Source of the DNA: Chloroflexota bacterium
Lineage (GTDB): Bacteria > Chloroflexota > UBA11872 > VXNJ01
Direction: 5' to 3'
DNA length: 64,000 nucleotides
Assembly: GCA_965261345.1 (NCBI GenBank)
Contig: OZ253449.1
Span: 576,001 to 640,000, forward strand
A program made the translations under genes and the position numbers. Position 1 is the stretch's first letter; every line of letters starts with the position of its first letter. The notes below the pieces were generated by a model. The model saw only the letters and a program-made list of their open reading frames with translations. It was not told the origin of the DNA and did no database searches. Positions 57,447 to 64,000 of the stretch are shown piece after piece.

Positions 57447-58622
57447 TCACGCTGGAACCCAATTGATCTTGCTCAAAAACTCAATCAGACGGTTTGACAC
57501 TGCTAGCGGTGATTCCATCTGTACCCAATGGCCGGCCCCGGACAGAAGATCAACTTCGATCAGGTTGTCGCTCACCTGCTCGCGCAATCGGTCCAAGCCG
57601 CCGGGACTTTGATAGACGCCCCAATCACGTTCGCCCGAGATGAACAAACATGGCACCTCGAGCCTGCGCCCGGCAAAAACCTGCAATTCGGCCACCTGGG
57701 CCCGATTGCCGCCGCAGCGATAGGAATTTAGAGCCCCTTGGAAGCCGGTTCGTTCAAACTCCCTGCAGTAGACGGCCAGCTGCTGATCACTCAACCACTT
57801 GCAAGCCTTGATCTGGGATGGCGTGGGCATCTGCCGGCCTACCGTTTCAGCCATGGACTGCCCCTTTTCCATCACGTAGTAGGTGGGCAGGCGGGCCAGT
57901 TCGGCGGCCGTCCATTCCTTAAGTTGGAACGGGCGGTTCTGCTCGTGATCGCCGCTCTTGAAGTGAAAGTAGCCACGCAGAAAATCATGCACGCCCTGGT
58001 CGCAATCGACCATTTCGGCATTGGCCCGGGTTTCACGATAGTAATCCTGGTAGTGCTGGCGGGCCGGAGACAGGCTTGCCAAAGCCGGACCGATAAGTTC
58101 GACCGGGATCTCGGGATCCGGTCCGGCCAGGTCCGGCGGCCCGCCGAAAGGGGCGCTCATGATTGCCAGCCCGGGAAACCGGTCCGGCCGCATGAGGGCC
58201 GACCAGGCCGCCACCAGGGACCCGTAATCGTGGCCGACGACGACTGCCTGGTCACGTCCCAAAGCGGCCAGCAGATAGAGCTGATCTCGGACTCTGTTAG
58301 GTATCGAATAAGGCCGCAAACTGCTCTCATAGGCGACTTGGGGCGGACCGGTCCGCCCGTACCCGCGAAGGTCCGGAGCCACGGCAAAATAACCTGCCGC
58401 GGCAAGCCGCGGCAGGACGAAACGCCATGAGTAGGCAAGCTCGGGAAACCCATGCAGCAGGATCACGCATGGCTGCCCAGGCCGATTTTCCCCAGCGGCC
58501 AGAAGGTGCATTGACAACCCGTTGATGCCTTCAAGCTGAATTGAACGGATGCCCTCACCCGGCAGTTCATCCGACAGCGGAGGCAGATTTGCCCAGTCGT
58601 TATCCATTAATCTTTCAGCCAT
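57447..58622 (-). CDS. Epoxide hydrolase-like alpha/beta hydrolase
   Basis: HGFPE..YSWR, APDLRGYG, GHDYG nucleophile elbow, GAGHWVQ.E. Confidence 0.9.
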   Translation of the reverse strand: MAERLMDNDWANLPPLSDELPGEGIRSIQLEGINGLSMHLLAAGENRPGQPCVILLHGFPELAYSWRFVLPRLAAAGYFAVAPDLRGYGRTGPPQVAYESSLRPYSIPNRVRDQLYLLAALGRDQAVVVGHDYGSLVAAWSALMRPDRFPGLAIMSAPFGGPPDLAGPDPEIPVELIGPALASLSPARQHYQDYYRETRANAEMVDCDQGVHDFLRGYFHFKSGDHEQNRPFQLKEWTAAELARLPTYYVMEKGQSMAETVGRQMPTPSQIKACKWLSDQQLAVYCREFERTGFQGALNSYRCGGNRAQVAELQVFAGRRLEVPCLFISGERDWGVYQSPGGLDRLREQVSDNLIEVDLLSGAGHWVQMESPLAVSNRLIEFLSKINWVPA

Positions 58623-59093
58623 GCCCCAATTGCCGATCCTTGATGCCTGGTCGCTATTTTCGGCGAGCAGCTTGCACCGAGCCGCTTCGGAGCCGCTACG
58701 CCGTGGCCGGGCGATCCGCGCGGACAAGCGGCAATGCGGCAGTTCCCGATTCTTTCATCCATCACCGTTTTGTTGCCCACGATTGGGATTGCGGCGCCCG
58801 TAGCTACCGGTTTCGGAGACAGGCCATTTACGGTGCTAGCACACACCATCACTCTTGCCATGCTGGGCCCGTCCAGTCCATACGCCCATTTTGCGATTGG
58901 CGCCCTCAGCGCCGAGCGCCAGTGGAGCCCGGCCTACCGGAGGGTGCCGCGGGCCCTTCAGATTACAAGTCGTAGCGGCACGTACGGCTTTTCCGTGCAC
59001 GCCGCAACGGCGCACGAACTAAAACGCCAGATCGAAATGCATACAGCAAACAGCGAATTTGGCACCCCCGCATTCACCTACCGTGCGGGACCG

Positions 59094-61664
59094 TCAGGTA
59101 AGTGATGGCATCCCCGGCGGCACCGAAATCTGGCTGCTGTGAAGCCACGCGCCCACCGTGGTACCGGGCGGCAGGAACCGGATGTCGGGCAGCAACTGGG
59201 ATCCGTCTTCGGCCTGGAAGCCCACCTCAATGCGATCGTCGGCCAAGCGCCGCGACCGGATTCGGCCGATGGACTCTGCATCGATTTCGACCGGGCTGCT
59301 CAAGTACCAAACTCCTATACGGGCATCGGAGGCAAGGAATCGCTGCGTCGGCAACATCCGTCGTCCGTTGGGCAATTGCACGCCATGCTCGACCTGCCCC
59401 GCTGCACTCACCCGGGCGACGATTCGCAGGTTGTACGGCGCGGGCTCGCTTGCCGTTTCGGAAGGCTTATACCCTGGCAACAGGGTGACCTCGTGGTCGG
59501 CGATGGTTAAGGATCGTAAGAATCTCGAATTTGCCACGTCGACGTCGGTGAGGGCGCAGAGTACGCTGTCAACCGCTAACCCAAATACCGGCAATACCGC
59601 GCGGATTTCGCCATCGAGAGAAATCGATTCGCCACTTTCATCAACCGTCGCCAGAGCCGAATTCAACGCGGAACCTGACCCCAGGCAAGTGGCGCCGGCG
59701 GCAATCTTGGCAACCATTTCCTGCACTGACGGATCCGCCCAACCGAACTCGGAGGCGCGCGCCGCCCTAACCGCCAATCCGGCCGAAACAGTCGGCACGA
59801 GGACGTTTTCGGCATAGGCGAGCTGCGACTGTACGGTGAGAGCTTCGGCAAATGTGATGGCGCCACCAGCCTGGGATCGCCGTTGCAGCAATTGCCACTC
59901 GGCAGCCAGCGAACGGTACCGGGCGGAGGCCTGTGTGGCTCCGTCGAGCATGAGGTTCTCAACCGCGGTGGCGCCGATCATATTTCCGGCGGCCACCCCC
60001 TCGTCCAATCCCGAGCGGGAGATCGCGTCCAAGTAATCGGACACAAATGCACTTCGCAGGGTAGTTGCTGCTGGGTTTGAGATGCCCGTAGGTTCTCGAG
60101 TTGCCGTAGACAGCGATTGGGTTTTTTCTTGAAGGGTTGCAATCGCGGGACGCTCGAATATGCCGTCCAGCATCAAGCGCCGCACGCCCGCGCTATAGAT
60201 CGCCTGCGTACGCTGCGGATTGGCTACGGCCGCTTCCGGCGCCGCGATGTCGACCACTGAAATCGTCACCCGGCCATCCCCGTCGGCAGTCGCCGTTACC
60301 TGATAGGTTGTCGCGTCAGATTGCACGCGCGTGGATTCGAAAGTTGGCCCGGAAAGGACGGTGAGGTTCCGCCAGGTACCGTGATAACCCTGATCTCGCC
60401 CGAAGGGGTCGAGGGTAAATATCGCTACGAACACCCACGAGCTGCCAGGTCTCCGAAGGGTCAACTCGACCGGGCTTACTTTCGCCAGCTCGGTGCTGAT
60501 ATTGCTCGCCGCTTCGACCCCCGAATGGTAAGAATCACCCGCTCGCCAACTCGATTCGGTCGCAAGTATGGAATCGCCCCAATTCCGCGCGCCGGGGCCG
60601 GAAACATATATCAAGGCGCTGCCGCCGGTGTCGGCAAGATTGCCCCCGCCCAGATTGCCCACACGGTAGTTAACCGCAAAGGGCTCTCCGGCTATCACCT
60701 GGTCAGGCACGTGTATTGCCTCGACCTTGAGATTGGCCCGTTGCTGCCGCTCGAGCTCGTCGGAGACGTGGATTACCAGTTCGAAATTAGACGCCAGAGG
60801 CTGCAGGCCACGGTCCTGGTAGGTCGTCGCTTCGACCACGTAGGTGCCGGCGGCCAGAAATTTTGCGATGCGTGCGTTACGGCCACCGCCGCCGTCGTCG
60901 TTGGCACCGATTACGCTCCCGTCGATTCTCAATAGGGATGCGACCGGATCGCCTTCGACCGACGTTAGATCAATTGATACGTGCCCGTCTTGCGCGAGAT
61001 GGAAGAAGTAGGTGTAAGCGGGGTGTTCTACGACTATGCGAGATCCGCAAGTTTCGGGTGTCCAGGTTCCGGTTGCGGTCAGGTCGACGCCTAGCGCCAG
61101 CACTCCCAAATCAATTGGTTCACATCCCGACACATAAGCGATGGACAACTTGAATTCAGCCGGGCCACGGCTGCGCCCGCCCGCCGTCGTGGCCTCGACC
61201 AGGTAAGCACCGGGGGGAAGATCACGCTCTATGCGGGCATCCAAGGCTGCACCGCCTTCATCGTCATCGGCAATGCGGTTTCCTTCCGTATCCAATAGGT
61301 ACAGGTACGGATCGCCTTCTGCCGACGAAAGATCGATTCGAATCCGACCGTTCGTTGAAACATCAAACCGAAAAGTGTGGGCGTCGCTCTCGCTCCGAAA
61401 ACGCGAATCGCAGTCTTGCGTCGACCATCTACCCTCAATTTTCAGCCCGTTCCCGGGTTCGGTGCCCAGGGCTCCGAGATCGGTCACTGCGCAGTGCGCA
61501 TCTTCCTGTGCGATCACCGTTGAAATTGAGCCCGCACCCAAAATTCCAGCAGCGAGGGCTGTCACGATGGCGGCGGCAGTTAGCACCCGGATCAAAAACC
61601 CGAGTGATTTGGAGCCAGCAGAGGCGTAGCCACCGAGATCTATTGCAGTGGGCAAAGGTGTCAC
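59094..61664 (-). CDS. Large secreted protein: two PPC-like beta domains, a CARDB-like segment, a helical region and a tandem C-terminal repeat
   Basis: Hydrophobic signal ending ..VIAQ. Two repeats with I.L.S..GDP...L....G..I..DD.GG...ARI...L..G.Y.VEATT. No catalytic motif seen. Confidence 0.7.
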   Translation of the reverse strand: MTPLPTAIDLGGYASAGSKSLGFLIRVLTAAAIVTALAAGILGAGSISTVIAQEDAHCAVTDLGALGTEPGNGLKIEGRWSTQDCDSRFRSESDAHTFRFDVSTNGRIRIDLSSAEGDPYLYLLDTEGNRIADDDEGGAALDARIERDLPPGAYLVEATTAGGRSRGPAEFKLSIAYVSGCEPIDLGVLALGVDLTATGTWTPETCGSRIVVEHPAYTYFFHLAQDGHVSIDLTSVEGDPVASLLRIDGSVIGANDDGGGGRNARIAKFLAAGTYVVEATTYQDRGLQPLASNFELVIHVSDELERQQRANLKVEAIHVPDQVIAGEPFAVNYRVGNLGGGNLADTGGSALIYVSGPGARNWGDSILATESSWRAGDSYHSGVEAASNISTELAKVSPVELTLRRPGSSWVFVAIFTLDPFGRDQGYHGTWRNLTVLSGPTFESTRVQSDATTYQVTATADGDGRVTISVVDIAAPEAAVANPQRTQAIYSAGVRRLMLDGIFERPAIATLQEKTQSLSTATREPTGISNPAATTLRSAFVSDYLDAISRSGLDEGVAAGNMIGATAVENLMLDGATQASARYRSLAAEWQLLQRRSQAGGAITFAEALTVQSQLAYAENVLVPTVSAGLAVRAARASEFGWADPSVQEMVAKIAAGATCLGSGSALNSALATVDESGESISLDGEIRAVLPVFGLAVDSVLCALTDVDVANSRFLRSLTIADHEVTLLPGYKPSETASEPAPYNLRIVARVSAAGQVEHGVQLPNGRRMLPTQRFLASDARIGVWYLSSPVEIDAESIGRIRSRRLADDRIEVGFQAEDGSQLLPDIRFLPPGTTVGAWLHSSQISVPPGMPSLT

Positions 61665-62310
61665 AGAATGGTCCTACATCGAAAGTCTTGTGGAGCTTGG
61701 CTCTGCAGGCGACTTGTTTTCTTCAATTACGTCATAAACGCGTGTGCTCAACCGGCCTGAAAGCACTAAATCTCGGGCACCGATACAAACTGCACCGTGA
61801 GGACCGCGTTCAAATCCGCATAAATTCTGGGCAATGATATGCATCTGGGTAGATACCTGAAATGAGACGGCGAACCAAACGGCACTTGAGGTCGCTCTGT
61901 GCATTGAATGCGCGCCCGATCAAATCCACGGTGAGAACTAACCGGAAATTGCAATTGGCCCACGCGGCCCGGCGACTGGCGTCAGATGGTCGTTAAGTAG
62001 TTATTTGGCCCGCGCCGGCAATCGCCCGCCATTTGACAGAGAAGCGCCATGGCGTTGTTGGCGTAATAGATTCCGGCGTAGCGGCCGGCCGGGCTGGGTC
62101 CTGCGATGGTTCATCGGCGGTCGTTCAGCTTAAACTGCCCGATTAAATCCCAGAACCAGGCTCGCAGCAAATTAGGCGGAAAGCAATGCGCGGTGCTTTG
62201 CAGACTGTATCGGGTGGGCAGACTGGTTGGTGGCGATCCCAATTTCCTAGGCGTTTATTTGTGGCCTTCCTAGCGCCAGAGGCGGTCGACGAAAGAGAAT
62301 GCAAACGGCG

Positions 62311-62340
62311 GCCAATTTGCAATCAGGATTGCAAATCAGC
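62311..62340. promoter_or_regulatory. AT-rich inverted repeat ATTTGCAAT-N4-ATTGCAAAT (operator or hairpin)
   Basis: 9-bp perfect arms, extendable to 13 bp with G-U pairs on the minus strand; lies in a ~1-kb divergent intergenic region. Confidence 0.45.
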
Positions 62341-62697
62341 CGATAACAGACGAGGCCGGCACAGCCGTTGAAGGTCCGCGTACGCCGTCGAGCCGGACCG
62401 AACTGATTCTCCAGCCGGCGCAACGGTGGGCGGCGGAGGGTTTCCAGTCTGCCAACGTCAATATCGCGGTCAGGTCCATTTTTCCGACCGTGGCGCTTAG
62501 TAGATATATTTGGCGGCGGCCGGCCGGTGTCATTGCCGGCGTTGGAGCCGGTACGCGGAATCCGGATGATCCGAATGGGCGCGGGGTAATTTGGTAGTTT
62601 CCGAACCTATGGTCCGAGGCTGTTCAAACGCAGATCCGGGAGCAGACCCAATCACGGCACGTCCAATTTGTCAGCAACTTAATAGGGTTCAGATCTG

Positions 62698-64000
62698 GTG
62701 AACGCCGTTGGACAAGTAGGATCCGCCTCGCTGGCCATTAGCTGGCCACTATTGATGCTCAGTTTCTCGGTTATCGGGCTGCCGATCGCGCGGGCGGTGT
62801 TTACGCGACGCCGGCTGGGTGGTTTGGTCCTTTCCAAGTTATTGGGGTACCTACTGTTCGCATTCATCGGGTGGTCCCTGCTCCACAGCGGTTGGTTTGA
62901 AAACACCCGTTCATTTGCTGCGTTGCTCGCCTACGGCTTGGCGCTTTTATCTGGCATTTGGCTATGGCGTTCGGATCAGCTAGCTGGCGTGTTTGCTCAA
63001 TGGCGCTGGTTGCTAGGGATTGAGGCCGTCTATTTGGTCGCATTTTGGGGATTTCTGGTATTGCGCAGCAACATGCCCGGAGTGCTCAATTTTGAACAGC
63101 CATTCGACTACGCGCTGCTCAACGCCGCCATGTCGAGTCCGGTCTATCCGCCCAACGACCCGTGGCTGGCGGGGCAGACCCTAAATTACTACTACTTCGG
63201 CCACGCCGCCGCCGGACTGGCTGCCAACGCCGCCGGCGTTCACCGGTTGCTGGCCTACGATACGGCATTGGCGAACACCTTCGCGCTGGGCATGCTAGGT
63301 GCGTTCGGCCTGTGCGCCCAATTGGCAATTGGGGTTGTCGGCGACAAAACCCGTGCGCTGTCCAGAATCCTTTCTCCGGCGGCCGGCGTTCCGGTGATCT
63401 TGATCGGAAACCTGGCGGCATTGCCATATCTACTTGGTATTGAAGCCAATTCGGCCCGTTTTACTGAAGGCCTGAGCTGGCGGGCCAGCCGGGTTATCTC
63501 CCAAGGCGCCGATGGCGCATTTCGCAGCTGCTCAGGCGAGGGGGCGCTGGATTGTCCAATTACTGAATTTCCGGCCTTTTCCTTCATACTGGGCGACCTT
63601 CACGCCCACCTGCTGGCCATCCCACTGGTTCTATTGCAGATTGCCCTGGCATTGCAGTGGTTTCACCGTTGGCGACAAGGTAGCCCGGGTTGGGTGGGAT
63701 TTGGCGCCATATTGGTGGGCGGCGTAAACGCCGGACTCCTGTGGATGACCAATAGTTGGGATCTTCCGGGATCCTTGCTGTTGCTGCTGGGAGCGGGCTT
63801 GTTGGCGATCCTGATCCGAGGCCGACCCGATGCCCGAATCGCTGGCTGGCTGTTGGCCCATTGGATAGTCGTTCTAGCCATCGCGGTAGCGACCGCCCTG
63901 CCATTTTTGACCAACTACGAAGCCCCCCGGTTGGGGTTGGCGATCACTCAACATCGATCGCAGATAGGGCCCTTCCTGCTCATGTGGGGGATTCCGATCG
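62698..64000 (+). CDS. DUF2298 family multi-pass membrane protein (partial, runs off window)
   Basis: Manually translated from GTG 62698: ..FEQPFDYALLNA..PPNDPWLAG..LNYYYFGH..ITEFPAFSFILGDLHAH..NSWD. Missed by the ORF track because it has no stop in the window. Confidence 0.85.
   Translation, partial: MNAVGQVGSASLAISWPLLMLSFSVIGLPIARAVFTRRRLGGLVLSKLLGYLLFAFIGWSLLHSGWFENTRSFAALLAYGLALLSGIWLWRSDQLAGVFAQWRWLLGIEAVYLVAFWGFLVLRSNMPGVLNFEQPFDYALLNAAMSSPVYPPNDPWLAGQTLNYYYFGHAAAGLAANAAGVHRLLAYDTALANTFALGMLGAFGLCAQLAIGVVGDKTRALSRILSPAAGVPVILIGNLAALPYLLGIEANSARFTEGLSWRASRVISQGADGAFRSCSGEGALDCPITEFPAFSFILGDLHAHLLAIPLVLLQIALALQWFHRWRQGSPGWVGFGAILVGGVNAGLLWMTNSWDLPGSLLLLLGAGLLAILIRGRPDARIAGWLLAHWIVVLAIAVATALPFLTNYEAPRLGLAITQHRSQIGPFLLMWGIPI

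Noticed and set aside
58630-59090. 123-aa (+) and 84-aa (-) ORFs between the hydrolase and the secreted protein
   Set aside because: No motifs, RBS or family resemblance; left unannotated.
1-64000. CRISPR arrays, rRNA, phage or defence genes; numerous antisense/overlapping ORFs in the track
   Set aside because: No regularly spaced repeats or hallmark proteins seen. Long shadow ORFs are expected in GC-rich coding DNA.

Overview
GC-rich bacterial chromosomal window, probably Chloroflexota. That assignment is inferred from the DUF2298 membrane protein, Chloroflexi-like repeat modules and the many sulfatase, LLM and SDR catabolic genes. Housekeeping loci include smpB, thrC, recF-DUF721, a large Alu-type SRP RNA followed by dnaX-ybaB-recR, glpK, tRNA-Gly(TCC) and a rpiB-tal-pgi-gnd-zwf-fbaB sugar-phosphate cluster. 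Catabolic genes include four Cys-type sulfatases, two LarA-like (DUF362/DUF2088) paralogues, a hydroxyacid-oxoacid transhydrogenase and several dehydrogenases. Two structures stand out. (1) A tandem array of three orphan MalF-type sugar ABC permeases beside tRNA-Gly, with mosaic identity tracts, structured 3' spacers and a variable Cys-x6/8-Cys loop inserted in a predicted external loop. (2) A complete 1752-bp IS256-family element with 25-bp inverted repeats, an 8-bp TSD (TTTTTCCC), a CTT-TGA +1 frame break, a hairpin over the start codon and a long structured 3' non-coding region containing a perfect 34-bp palindrome. Several single-base frame breaks or missing start codons (gnd, the IS transposase, the first DUF21 gene, zwf) may be homopolymer sequencing errors. 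All family calls come from motif recognition by eye; no database searches were run.
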